NCBI GenBank assembly: GCA_041485695.1
Contig: JBGPJZ010000002.1
Location: forward strand, 65,499-129,498
Length of the DNA stretch: 64,000 bases
Direction of reading: 5' to 3'
DNA from: Minisyncoccia bacterium
GTDB lineage: Bacteria > Patescibacteriota > Minisyncoccia > Phycocordibacterales > Phycocordibacteraceae
Both the position numbers and the translations under genes were made by a program. This document shows, in pieces, positions 47,187 to 57,059 of the stretch. The notes below the pieces were generated by a model that saw only the letters and a list, made by a program, of their open reading frames with translations, ran no database searches and was not told where the DNA came from. Positions within the stretch are counted from its first letter, which is position 1, and every line of letters starts with the position of its first letter.

Positions 47187-48311
47187 CTACTGGAGCGCGG
47201 CGATGCCGGGGAGGGTGCCTTTGGCGAGGAAGTCGAGCATTGCGCCGCCGCCGATAGAGATGAACGAGAAGCGGTCGAGTAGATTAATGCGCTCGAGTTC
47301 GGCAACAGTGTCACCGCCGCCGATTACTGAGTAGCTGCTGCTCCCGACAATTGCCTTAGCGACCGTGTCAGTCGTCTCAACATATCCTTTTTCGTACTCG
47401 CCTAAGGGGCCATTCCACAGTACTGCCTTAGACTTTTTCACCAAATCAACAAGGAGCGCCGCAGTACCGGGGCCGTGATCGAGCACCGCTTCATCGGGCG
47501 TAGCGCTGTCGATTGACCCGACTCTCGAACTCCCGTCACTTGTAACAAACCGCCCGTCGATAGGGAGCACGAGATGCGGGTGGGTAAGCAATGTCTTTAT
47601 CTCGTCTCCCGCAGCGTGCGACACCAGAGAGCGCCCGACTGGGTACCCCTTGGCCGCGATAAAGTCATTGGCGAGGGCTCCGCCCACGAAAACCTTGTCG
47701 TACGCCTCTAAGAGTTTCTTGACGACGGGCTCTTTAGTTGAGAATTTCGCGCCACCAATGATTGCGAGCGAAGGACGCAGGGGCGTGAGCGCTTTGGTAA
47801 GTTCGCGCACCTCCTCAAGGAGCTCCCAGCCAGCGTACGAGGGCAAGATGCGGGGAACGCGCATGATAGATGCGTGAGCGCGGTGGCACGTGTCAAATGA
47901 ATCCTGTACGAACACATCAGCCAGTTGAGCGAGTTCGTGCGCGAAAGCGAGGTCGTTGGCCGCCTCTCCTGGGTTACGCCGTAGATTTTCTAACACGAGG
48001 ATGTGGCCCGGGGAGAGCCCGCGAACCGCTTTGCGCGCGAGCTCTCCCGTATTCGCCTCACAAAATGAAACCCCATTGATCAGCTTCGAGAGAGCGTCGA
48101 CGACTGGCTTTAGGGTTTCAGTACCCGCTTCGCCGATATGGCTCGCGACGATGACGCGCGCGCCTTGTTCACTCAAATATTTAAGGGTCGGCAGCGCACG
48201 GCGTAGCCGATGATCATTGCGCACTATCCCTCCCTCAAGAGGAACGTTTAACGCCGCGCGAACGAGGACGGGAATGGTGTGGAGTACCGGTATCTCTTTA
48301 AATGAACGCAT
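47187..48311 (-). CDS. pgk: phosphoglycerate kinase
   Basis: 374 aa, ...PTLKYLSEQGARVIVASHIG... and C-terminal ...IGGGDTVA... motifs. Confidence 0.92.
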   Translation of the reverse strand: MRSFKEIPVLHTIPVLVRAALNVPLEGGIVRNDHRLRRALPTLKYLSEQGARVIVASHIGEAGTETLKPVVDALSKLINGVSFCEANTGELARKAVRGLSPGHILVLENLRRNPGEAANDLAFAHELAQLADVFVQDSFDTCHRAHASIMRVPRILPSYAGWELLEEVRELTKALTPLRPSLAIIGGAKFSTKEPVVKKLLEAYDKVFVGGALANDFIAAKGYPVGRSLVSHAAGDEIKTLLTHPHLVLPIDGRFVTSDGSSRVGSIDSATPDEAVLDHGPGTAALLVDLVKKSKAVLWNGPLGEYEKGYVETTDTVAKAIVGSSSYSVIGGGDTVAELERINLLDRFSFISIGGGAMLDFLAKGTLPGIAALQ

Positions 48312-48321
48312 GTGAGGCTGG

Positions 48322-49071
48322 TTATGCGAGCGCTTTTACGAGCGCTGAAAAAAGAGAGGGGTCAACCGAGGCGTGCCCGACCAAGAAACCGTCGACAGCC
48401 GAACCGCCGGCGAGCCCGCGGATATTCTCGGGCTCAACCGAGCCGCCGTAAATCACCGTCGTCTTTGCGGAGGCTTTCGCGGTCGAGAGCTCAGCGAGCA
48501 CCTTGCGGATATAGAGGGTCATTTCAGCAAGGTCGGTAACGCCGATAGCCTCAGCAGAGGTCTTACCGATCGCCCATACCGGCTCATACGCGATGATGAC
48601 TTTTGATTTTTCTTTGGGTTCTATCCCCTCAAGCGCCGAAACGATATCAGCGCGAACCTGCGCCAAGTAATGCCCCTCGGTGTCGCGCGCCTGCTCACCC
48701 ACGCACACGATGGGTATGAGGCCGTGTGCTATGGCATGGGCCACCTTCTGTGAAATCATCTCGCGAGTCTCACCGGCGGCTCGACGCTCGGAATGGCCGA
48801 TGATGGCGTAGGTTACGCCGAGCGAGGTGAACATAGGGGCGGTCACCTCCCCTGTGTGCGGGCCGCCAGCTGCAAGCGAGATGTCCTGGGCCGCAAACTC
48901 AATCTTTGACTTGTTTTTGGGCGCCAAAAGACCAATCTGCGGCGCCGGGGGTGCGAGCACTATCGTTACTTTGGTGGCAGCCGTGAGGCGCTTCGCGAGG
49001 GAAAAGAGCTTTTTAGCCTTCGCAGAGTCCTCCACATACGCCTTCCAATTCGCAATAACGATCATGAACAT
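48322..49071 (-). CDS. tpiA: triosephosphate isomerase
   Basis: ...IANWK...IIGHSERR...IIAYEPVWAIG... Confidence 0.92.
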   Translation of the reverse strand: MFMIVIANWKAYVEDSAKAKKLFSLAKRLTAATKVTIVLAPPAPQIGLLAPKNKSKIEFAAQDISLAAGGPHTGEVTAPMFTSLGVTYAIIGHSERRAAGETREMISQKVAHAIAHGLIPIVCVGEQARDTEGHYLAQVRADIVSALEGIEPKEKSKVIIAYEPVWAIGKTSAEAIGVTDLAEMTLYIRKVLAELSTAKASAKTTVIYGGSVEPENIRGLAGGSAVDGFLVGHASVDPSLFSALVKALA

Positions 49072-49124
49072 ATAATACCAGGTATAAAAACTAGGTCGTT
49101 GTCACTACGTAGTAGAATTGCATT

Positions 49125-50231
49125 ATGTATAAAGAGACCGTAGAAAGACAATTTAAGGCCGCAGATATTGAGATAAACGGCAAAAGGCCATGGGACATTC
49201 AAGTACATGATGAGAGATTCTATAAACGTTTATTCTTGCATCGCTCGCTCGGGTTAGGAGAGTCTTACATGGAAAAGTGGTGGGACTGTGAAAGGATCGA
49301 TCTGTTTATCGAGAAAGTGTCGCGTTCAATCGGAAATAATAAAATAACCATATCCTTTGCGATGTTATGGATTAAAGCCCGTCTTTTTAACTTGCAGTCA
49401 CCACAGGGCGCACGCAAAGTTATTGAGGAGCATTATGACCTCAGCAACGATTTGTACATGTCCTTTCTCGACCGCTATAACCAGTACACCTGCGGATTTT
49501 TCCAAGAGACTACCGACCTCAACAAAGCACAGGAGCAGAAACTAGAACTCATTTGTAAGAAGCTGCATTTAAAACGGGAAGACCGCGTTCTCGATATCGG
49601 GTGCGGGTGGGGTGGTTTCGCTAAATACGCAGCAGAGCACTACGGATGTCGTGTGGTAGGAATTACCATCTCTGATGCACAGCTTGCCTACGCACAAAAA
49701 GACACGGATGGACTACCTGTGGAAATACGCAAACAAGATTACAGGGACTTATCAGGCGAGGAGTTCGACAAAATCGTTATCATCGGGATGATTGAACACG
49801 TTGGTTATAAGAATTATGAGAAACTATTAAAGACAGTAGCAGGGTGTTTGGCCGACGACGGGCTTTTTCTTCTTCATACCATCGGAAGGAACGACAGCGC
49901 GTCTACCGGTGAACCTTGGTCACATAAATACATCTTCCCGAACGGGATGCTTCCCTCTATCAAACAAATCGGAGAAGCGAGCGAAGACGTCTTTGTCATG
50001 GAAGACTGGCATAACTTTGGTCCTTATTATGTCGATACGCTTCTTGCTTGGGACGCAAACTTCCAGAAGAACTGGCTCCAGATAAAAAAGGATTACTCAG
50101 AAACGTTCTTTAGGATGTTTAGATATTATTTCAATAGTTTTGCAGGCGCTTTCAGGGCACGCCATATCCAATTGTGGCAAGTAGTTTTTAGCAAAGGAGT
50201 AACCAATAGGGTTTACGAGCGTGTACGCTAA
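49125..50231 (+). CDS. cfa: cyclopropane-fatty-acyl-phospholipid synthase family methyltransferase (CMAS)
   Basis: ...HYDLSNDLYMSFLDRYNQYTCGFF...LDIGCGWGGFAKYAAEHYG... CMAS signature. Gene is visibly AT-rich (roughly 40-45% GC) against ~60% flanks. Confidence 0.85.
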   Translation: MYKETVERQFKAADIEINGKRPWDIQVHDERFYKRLFLHRSLGLGESYMEKWWDCERIDLFIEKVSRSIGNNKITISFAMLWIKARLFNLQSPQGARKVIEEHYDLSNDLYMSFLDRYNQYTCGFFQETTDLNKAQEQKLELICKKLHLKREDRVLDIGCGWGGFAKYAAEHYGCRVVGITISDAQLAYAQKDTDGLPVEIRKQDYRDLSGEEFDKIVIIGMIEHVGYKNYEKLLKTVAGCLADDGLFLLHTIGRNDSASTGEPWSHKYIFPNGMLPSIKQIGEASEDVFVMEDWHNFGPYYVDTLLAWDANFQKNWLQIKKDYSETFFRMFRYYFNSFAGAFRARHIQLWQVVFSKGVTNRVYERVR

Positions 50232-50232
50232 A

Positions 50233-51663
50233 TTATTGCTCGCGCCAATCGACGAACTGGTACTGGGTCGAGGTAATCGGGGTAAATACGGGCGGATTCG
50301 TTGAATTTTGCCGGTCGAACGTCGTAGTGCGCGTCGGGTACCCCGAATGTTTCCCATTGCCGCAGCCGTAGCCCGAATACGTCCAATACGTGCCGGGCTT
50401 TAAGTTCGACACGATAGTACCGAGGATGGTTAGGGTGTTTTTGTTTGCATACGCAGCGTTCGCACAGGTGTACATATTCATACCGAAGGCGCCTGATTGC
50501 GAGATGAAGATGCCATCAAGCGTAAGGTTCGATGGTGCGTCCGGAGCAATGAGGACATCTCCTTGCGATACGAGCGTGAACCCGGCGCTCCCGTCAAAAA
50601 CGGAGTATACGATGTTGTTTTTAAGGAGCGTGTAGGGGACAACTCCAGCGTGCGCAACATCAGCGACCGCGAGCGTTACCTTGCCGCTTATCGTTCCCTC
50701 AACCCAGGTGTGATCCTCGACATAGATAAGCGGGCAGCCTGAAGGGATGGCGTAGGTGCCGTCCAAGACTTCATTCTGGATAAGCGTGTATTCGGTCTGG
50801 AGCCCGGCGCCCGGGTTACTGACCGGAACGGCCGAGACCGTATTCTCGCTACCCACCCTGTAAACAGTGACGGTTCCGTTCGAATTAAAAATAAGGTGAT
50901 AGCCCTTGAAATAGGCATTGCCGCCGTTACCCGAGCTGGTGCGGGCGAAATAGAGCCCTGTTGCTTGTGCCGTCGTCTTGAGCGCAGAGAAGTCTGCTGA
51001 AATCGCCCCGAAGTCTGTCTGGGGCGTCGGGTACTGCCACAAGCTCTGATCGACACCCGCGCCGAAAACCCCGGGCTTCACTGCAGAAGGAGCGCAGCCG
51101 AAATTCGCATCGCAGGTCCAGGTCGCGAGAGAGCTCGTTACCGGCGACGTCGAGGTGCCGTCCATGCGGATACCGCCGTTTGAATGAAAGGGGCCGAAGA
51201 GGGTCGAACCGACCCATACGCTTGAATTGACGATAAAAGAGTACTGCGCCACTGAAGGCTGCGCATAGCGCGCCCAGAGCGTTTTCGAAACCGTGGGAGC
51301 GTCGCTTGGCACGCCCTTCGAGGTCACATCGATTGAACTCTTCTGCCCGCACGCTGCGTTGCCTGTGATGGAGAGCGTGTAGGTACCGGCGGCACCCCCT
51401 TGCGGGTCAAGGTAGGAAACTTGGTATGGCCCAGGCTGGCCGGTACCGTTCTGCGTGTCACCCGGGAAGTGGGAAAGGAACCAGCGGTAATACTCAAGGC
51501 CCGCTTCAGAAATAGCGAATGATTCCTGTTTCTGCCGCTGCAGCTCCTCTGCGCGATTTTCGAGTAAAACGTACCCTGAAATGGCGGTAAGAACCGAAAA
51601 AAAGATCGCCCCGAATACAAGCACAAGGAGGAGTATCGAGCCCCGTCGGCGGATAGTTTTCAT
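50233..51663 (-). CDS. large pilus-associated protein with PilX-like N-terminal anchor
   Basis: MKTIRRRGSILLLVLVFGAIFFSVL... N-terminal hydrophobic helix, then Gly/Ser/Thr-rich beta-rich domain. Last gene of the pilus operon, overlapping the upstream pilin stop. Confidence 0.4.
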   Translation of the reverse strand: MKTIRRRGSILLLVLVFGAIFFSVLTAISGYVLLENRAEELQRQKQESFAISEAGLEYYRWFLSHFPGDTQNGTGQPGPYQVSYLDPQGGAAGTYTLSITGNAACGQKSSIDVTSKGVPSDAPTVSKTLWARYAQPSVAQYSFIVNSSVWVGSTLFGPFHSNGGIRMDGTSTSPVTSSLATWTCDANFGCAPSAVKPGVFGAGVDQSLWQYPTPQTDFGAISADFSALKTTAQATGLYFARTSSGNGGNAYFKGYHLIFNSNGTVTVYRVGSENTVSAVPVSNPGAGLQTEYTLIQNEVLDGTYAIPSGCPLIYVEDHTWVEGTISGKVTLAVADVAHAGVVPYTLLKNNIVYSVFDGSAGFTLVSQGDVLIAPDAPSNLTLDGIFISQSGAFGMNMYTCANAAYANKNTLTILGTIVSNLKPGTYWTYSGYGCGNGKHSGYPTRTTTFDRQNSTNPPVFTPITSTQYQFVDWREQ

Positions 51664-52256
51664 TTTTGAGTTGAAAGGTTGCGCAAGGTCGCACCGGCAG
51701 AGAGCGTATACACGGTCGGTGCGCGGGTCGGGTTCACGTCGGTGAGGACCGTCAATTTGACCGAAATGATGGAAGGGATGACCGGAGCCGCCCCGAGAGC
51801 GGTCCCGTTGCTATCATAGTACGTGAACAGCGGCGTCGACGTACCATTACGTATGTTATCAACCACGAGAGTCACGACCTCTGGTTGCCCAGCATACGAA
51901 GGGGGGTTGCCAATCGGCTCGGTTACTCCGCGATAGAAGGTGAACCCTGAAAGGTAGTAGCGGACTTTCTCAAGTACCGACGTACCGGATATGTCAGAGT
52001 AAAAAGTGATGGTCGAGGTGGCTGCAGCGGCAATCGGATAGGAGCCATCAGCAGCATACGAGGCCTCGCGCAGGTTAGAGACGGCGTTTTGAATACTGCG
52101 GCGCGCGCTCTCAACCGCCTGGGTCTGCTCCAGCGTGTAGGCATTCGTTTGATAGAAATATTGAATCAAGAATCCCACTGCGAGCATGACGACCACCGAG
52201 ATAGTCATTGTTACCAGCATCTCAATGAGCGTAAAACCGCGAGGGAGGTAGGCCAT
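51660..52256 (-). CDS. type IV minor pilin / pseudopilin (prepilin-type N-terminal methylation motif)
   Basis: MAYLPRGFTLIEMLVTMTISVVVMLAVG... is the class III signal peptide G|FTLIEML. Confidence 0.8.
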   Translation of the reverse strand: MAYLPRGFTLIEMLVTMTISVVVMLAVGFLIQYFYQTNAYTLEQTQAVESARRSIQNAVSNLREASYAADGSYPIAAAATSTITFYSDISGTSVLEKVRYYLSGFTFYRGVTEPIGNPPSYAGQPEVVTLVVDNIRNGTSTPLFTYYDSNGTALGAAPVIPSIISVKLTVLTDVNPTRAPTVYTLSAGATLRNLSTQK

Positions 52257-52260
52257 ACGA

Positions 52261-53964
52261 TTAGGGAAAAGCAGCCTCGAATGTCGTCAGTCCTCCCACG
52301 GCAACGCCCGGGAACTGCGTCGTGGTGTATCCCGCCTTTGATATCGTAACGGTATAGGTGTTGGCAGAGATGTTGCCGAAATACGCATTGCCGCACGCAG
52401 AGCTCACGACGCTTGCAGAAAATCCTGCTCGAGTAAGGTCGACTGTAGCACCACTGACTGCGAGCCCTCCTGAATCGACGACCGAGATAAAGAGCGAATT
52501 CGTTGTGGCGGCGCCAAGCACGAGAGAGGCGGCAAGCGACTCTCCAGCTGCAAGGGTATACGGGGGCGTGGGGCACGTATCGACGATATCGTAACCTGGC
52601 ACCGAGAGAGCGTACCCGTCCCGTTCAAGAGGGGCTGCCACCTGCGCGCCCGCTCCTGTTGTCGTATTCACCACTGTCTTGTAAATGGGCGCCCCGCCGG
52701 CGGTCGAACCAATCGTCTTAGTGCCTGTAAGCATAAACGATACATTCGCTAAAGGAGCGGGGCCCGCAAGCGCAGAGATTGACCAGCCAAGGATGGAAGG
52801 GGCTGTCGTGGTAGCGGTCGAAAGCAGGGCTCCTATCGCAAGCGAGGGATAGGTCGAGGTTGAAATAGTTGAGAGATTGATGGGGAAAGTCATGAATCCG
52901 ACTGAATTGCCAGGGAGTACCGCGTCAGGGAGAAGCGCTCCAGAGCCGTCGTAGATTTGAATAGCTGCAGACGTATCGGTCGTGGTCGAAAGCGCTGACG
53001 AGACGCTCTCCCACCTCGAAAGGTACTGCGGAGCGAACGCGATGGAGCGAACGTTCCCGTTCACCTCCCCTGGGTTAAGAGTAAGCGTCCCGCCTGAAAC
53101 AATGACGCTTGAAGAAGCTGCGATGTTTGAACCGTTCGCAAACGTATCCGCGAACGTCGTAGTTGCAGGGGGTGAAAAGGTCGAAAGCGTCAGCACTCCC
53201 ATGAGGTCAATCGCAAAGGTCCCCGTTGTCGTTTGATCTTTTGAAATAGTGAGTAATCCGGGAGTCGGGTTCGCATTCTGTGCATCTACCGGGTAGGTCT
53301 GAGCCGAGGAGCAGCCGCTCTTGCTCACGTACACTTGGTACTCTGACGACGTCGCGGCACCCGGCAAGTAGACGATGCCGCTCATGTTGCTAAAGGTGGT
53401 GAGGTCAACGGGGGGCGACGTGCTTGTATTTATGATGTGGACGGTGGCGCCCGAGAGGCAAGCGCCAGCCGGGTCGACCACCTTGACCTGGAGCGTCCCA
53501 CCGCCCGTTGAACTTTCGATGGTGGGCGGTACGAAATTCGAAATGAACGCGATGCTTTTAGCGATCCCTGCGATCACATATGAGACTGAAACCTTAGCGA
53601 CTTTGTAGTCAGTCGTGATGCCAGTCTGATCTAAGGCGCCCGTGCCATCAGCAGGGTCATCGACGTATTCAATGAACGTGTGCGTTACGAAATCCACGCC
53701 GCTCACGGTCGTCGTTGCGACCTGCGGTATCAGCCCTGCAGGAATGCCACCCACGGTGCCCAAGGAGTCGTAGGCGAGGCCGCGCAAGTATTCCACTTGG
53801 CTCTGCGCAACAGAGCTTGCAGAGGCACTGGCCTTGCCCACGATTGAAAGGATGATTGAAACGCGCAGGAGCCCGAGGAGGGCAAGAAACAGCGCCAGGA
53901 AGATTGCGATACCCACGATGGTCTCGATAAGACCGAATCCCCGCGCATGGTGCGAGGTTGGCAT
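52261..53964 (-). CDS. large type IV pilin (567 aa) with prepilin N-terminus and CarboxypepD_reg-like Ig domains
   Basis: ...HHARG|FGLIETIVGIAIFLAL... prepilin motif; long Thr/Ser/Gly-rich extracellular region with ...SGATVHIINTS...YQVYVSKSG... domain repeats. Confidence 0.75.
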   Translation of the reverse strand: MPTSHHARGFGLIETIVGIAIFLALFLALLGLLRVSIILSIVGKASASASSVAQSQVEYLRGLAYDSLGTVGGIPAGLIPQVATTTVSGVDFVTHTFIEYVDDPADGTGALDQTGITTDYKVAKVSVSYVIAGIAKSIAFISNFVPPTIESSTGGGTLQVKVVDPAGACLSGATVHIINTSTSPPVDLTTFSNMSGIVYLPGAATSSEYQVYVSKSGCSSAQTYPVDAQNANPTPGLLTISKDQTTTGTFAIDLMGVLTLSTFSPPATTTFADTFANGSNIAASSSVIVSGGTLTLNPGEVNGNVRSIAFAPQYLSRWESVSSALSTTTDTSAAIQIYDGSGALLPDAVLPGNSVGFMTFPINLSTISTSTYPSLAIGALLSTATTTAPSILGWSISALAGPAPLANVSFMLTGTKTIGSTAGGAPIYKTVVNTTTGAGAQVAAPLERDGYALSVPGYDIVDTCPTPPYTLAAGESLAASLVLGAATTNSLFISVVDSGGLAVSGATVDLTRAGFSASVVSSACGNAYFGNISANTYTVTISKAGYTTTQFPGVAVGGLTTFEAAFP

Positions 53965-53967
53965 AGG

Positions 53968-55179
53968 CTAGAATGCTGACGAAAGCGAGTAGATTGGCGC
54001 AATCATCGCGACGGCGAAGACACCTACCATGCCTCCGATGAAAAGCATCAAGACCGGCTCGATGATCGTCGAGAGATCCTTCGTCTTTTGCGAGACGTCG
54101 CCCTCGTAAAACTCTGCCACCTGGAGGAGCATCTCGGCAAGCTTGCCGGTTTCCTCTCCCACGGCGACCATATCGCTCATCATGAGCGGATAGAGCTTGG
54201 GGTGCTCGATAAACGCGGCTGAAAGAGGGTCGCCCTTCTTGACCCTCAAGGCTGCCTCACCTAGCACCTTCGCGAACAGGGGCGCTCCCACGACCTCTTC
54301 GGTTATTGAAAGGGCACTCAGCACGGGCACGCCCGCCGAGAGAAGCGAGGCAAGGGTGCGCGAGGCGCGCGCCGCGAATGTTTCGCGGACAAGCTCTCCC
54401 ACGACTGGCGCATAGAGCGCGATGCGCAATACCACGGCACGACCTACTGGAGAACGTACGAAGGCGAGACCTCCAACGACGAGGAGGACGAGAGAGCCGA
54501 TGACTACATAGGTATGATTCACCATGAAGTTTGAGACGGCGACAATGATCTGCGTCGCAAGCGGTAACTTGACCCGAAGCTGTGAGAAGGTCGCCGTCAA
54601 GGTTGGCACGACATAGATGAGCATGAGGACAGCGACGATCACGATGGCGCCCATGACGATTGAAGGGTAGATCATCGCTCCCTTTATCTTGCGCGAGAGA
54701 TCTTCGGCTCGCTCCATCTGCGTGCTCACGACCGTGAGCGCTTGCGCGAGCCCTCCCGACTCTTCGCCAGCTTTGACCATGGCGATAAAGAGCTTTGAGA
54801 ACACCTTGGGGTGCTCTCCGAGCGCCTCGTGGAGCGTCGACCCTTTAGTGATCGTCGCCGAGACATGCGCCGCTATCTCTCGCAGATGCCTGTTGCGGGA
54901 CTGCCGTTCGAGTATTGAGAGCGCCCGAGAGAGGGAGAGGCCAGCCGTGAGCATCGCCGAGAGGTTTTTCGACATCGTAATGATCTCTTGGCGCTTCACT
55001 CCCGTGCCAATCACGAGATTGAGACGCTGTGGGAGCCTTAATCCACCGCCTTCGGCTATCGAAACCACCGAACCTCCCTCTTTTTGCACGAGGTCATACA
55101 CCGCGAAGCGCGACTCTGCCTCGACGAAGCGTTCTTCGTTGGTTGCCCCTCCTTTTTTTATGGTGACGCGGAATTTCAT
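53968..55179 (-). CDS. pilC: type IV pilus assembly platform protein PilC (two T2SSF domains)
   Basis: 403 aa with duplicated GspF-like domains and 3 TM segments. Confidence 0.85.
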   Translation of the reverse strand: MKFRVTIKKGGATNEERFVEAESRFAVYDLVQKEGGSVVSIAEGGGLRLPQRLNLVIGTGVKRQEIITMSKNLSAMLTAGLSLSRALSILERQSRNRHLREIAAHVSATITKGSTLHEALGEHPKVFSKLFIAMVKAGEESGGLAQALTVVSTQMERAEDLSRKIKGAMIYPSIVMGAIVIVAVLMLIYVVPTLTATFSQLRVKLPLATQIIVAVSNFMVNHTYVVIGSLVLLVVGGLAFVRSPVGRAVVLRIALYAPVVGELVRETFAARASRTLASLLSAGVPVLSALSITEEVVGAPLFAKVLGEAALRVKKGDPLSAAFIEHPKLYPLMMSDMVAVGEETGKLAEMLLQVAEFYEGDVSQKTKDLSTIIEPVLMLFIGGMVGVFAVAMIAPIYSLSSAF

Positions 55180-55181
55180 AC

Positions 55182-56939
55182 CTATTCGGTGACGGCGCGG
55201 AGCACCTCCTCGAGCGAGGTGAGGCCGCGCGCAGCTTTATAGATGCCGTCGTCAAGCATGGTGAGCATCCCCTCTTGCTTAGCCTGATTTTCGATTGCTT
55301 CAGAGGTGCCTTTTTGCAAAATGACTTCGCGTATGGCCGAGGAGACAGAGAGAACCTCGTGGATACCGATACGGCTCTTGTAGCCATCCTCGCTATCACC
55401 CGAAGGAACAGGCTTATAAAACGGGAGCGAGTCGACGGTCACCGTGTCTTTTACCAGTTTCTCATCCTTGAGGGCCTTCAAGGCTGCTGCGAAATTTTCT
55501 TCGTTCGTGACCTTCGACTGCTCGACCTTCCCGAGCTTGTACTCTTCTTTGCTATCAGTAAGGCGTCGCACCAAGCGCTGGCCGATGATGACCTTCAAGG
55601 TCGAGACGAGGAGAAACGGCTCGACACCCATGTCCATGAGGCGCGGTATGGCGCCCGCGGCGCTGTTCGTGTGTATCGTCGAGAGCACGAGGTGACCGGT
55701 CAAGGCTGCGTTAATCGCAAGCGACGCCGTCTCGCCATCGCGAATCTCGCCTACCATGATGATGTCCGGGTCTTGGCGCACCAGGGAGCGTAGCCCGTTC
55801 GCGAAGGTGAAGCCTATTTGCGGGGCGACCTGCGTCTGGTTAACGCGCTTCATCTGGTACTCGATAGGGTCTTCAATCGTCGAAATATTCACATCGGGCG
55901 TGTTTAAAATGTCGAGCATGGTGTACAGGGTTGTCGTCTTGCCGGAGCCTGTTGGCCCTGAAGCAAGGATGATGCCGGTTGTCTGTTTCATGGCGCTGTG
56001 GATGCGCTCCAAATTTTCACCATGAAAGCCGAGTGACTCGAGCGTAAAGCCCTCTCCCGTCCCCGTCTCCCGTAGAAGGCGCATAACGATTTTCTCCCCA
56101 AAGAAGGTCGGGAGTATCGAGACGCGGAACGACACCTTATCGACCTCGGTTTCCATCTTAAAGCGACCGTCTTGCGGGAGACGCTTTTCATCGAGCTTCA
56201 AGTTCGACAAGACTTTTATGCGCGCAACAAGCCCGGGCGCAGCCGCCTTAGGCAAGGTCATCGCGTCGTGGAGGATGCCATCGATACGGTAGCGCACTAG
56301 CACTTCAGCCTCCATGGGCTCGATATGAACGTCGGATGCGTCTTGGACAATCGCGTGGCGGAGGAGGGTGTCGACGATGCGCACAATCGGCAAATCTTCA
56401 GCCAGCTTCTTCAAATCCTCGCCCGAGACATCTGCGTCGGCTTTGATGAGCTTCAGTTTGCCCGCTTCAGTCGAAATAATGTCGCCGAACTCGTCTTTGA
56501 GCGACTTCTGGTATTGCAAGAGCGCATGCTTAATCGAATCAGTGTCGGTGAGGCGCGACAATATCTTAAGCCCGGTCTTCTTCCGAACGGACTCGATAGA
56601 TTGCAAATCCTCGACGTCGAGCATCGCGACCTCCAAGGAGTCGCCCTCCTTCTTAAACGCGATGATATTGTGCGTGCGGGCTATAGGCTCGGGGATAAGA
56701 GCGAGGACGTCTATGGGGACCTTCTCTCCTTTGAGGTTTACGAAAGGGATGCCGAGCACGTAGGCTTGGATACGGCGCAGGGCGTCTTCGGTTATCGCGC
56801 CGCTCGAAACCAAAATATCGCCCAGAGGCTGTCCGCGCTTTTTACCTTCTTCAGCGGCGGCATCGACGTCTTTCCTCGAGACCAGTCCGGAGTCGACGAT
56901 GAAATCCTTGAGCTCGCTCTCTGAAACATGCATATACAA
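55182..56939 (-). CDS. pilB: type IV pilus assembly ATPase PilB (GspE family)
   Basis: 585 aa. N-terminal GspII_E domain, Walker A GPTGSGKTTT, Asp and His boxes. Confidence 0.9.
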   Translation of the reverse strand: MYMHVSESELKDFIVDSGLVSRKDVDAAAEEGKKRGQPLGDILVSSGAITEDALRRIQAYVLGIPFVNLKGEKVPIDVLALIPEPIARTHNIIAFKKEGDSLEVAMLDVEDLQSIESVRKKTGLKILSRLTDTDSIKHALLQYQKSLKDEFGDIISTEAGKLKLIKADADVSGEDLKKLAEDLPIVRIVDTLLRHAIVQDASDVHIEPMEAEVLVRYRIDGILHDAMTLPKAAAPGLVARIKVLSNLKLDEKRLPQDGRFKMETEVDKVSFRVSILPTFFGEKIVMRLLRETGTGEGFTLESLGFHGENLERIHSAMKQTTGIILASGPTGSGKTTTLYTMLDILNTPDVNISTIEDPIEYQMKRVNQTQVAPQIGFTFANGLRSLVRQDPDIIMVGEIRDGETASLAINAALTGHLVLSTIHTNSAAGAIPRLMDMGVEPFLLVSTLKVIIGQRLVRRLTDSKEEYKLGKVEQSKVTNEENFAAALKALKDEKLVKDTVTVDSLPFYKPVPSGDSEDGYKSRIGIHEVLSVSSAIREVILQKGTSEAIENQAKQEGMLTMLDDGIYKAARGLTSLEEVLRAVTE

Positions 56940-56968
56940 CGAAGTATAACGCTCTTTCGGTACTTATA

Positions 56969-56997
56969 TTGACTTCTTCCCCACCATCGGCTATCTT
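56969..56997 (+). promoter_or_regulatory. sigma70-like promoter for nusA: -35 TTGACT / 17 / -10 TATCTT
   Basis: Followed in the leader by an AUGCCC-GUUA-GGGCAU hairpin + UUCUUUUU (57011..57035). Confidence 0.4.
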
Positions 56998-57059
56998 GCA
57001 GGTATCAGATATGCCCGTTAGGGCATTTCTTTTTACAAGGTGCGACATACACAATCCAT

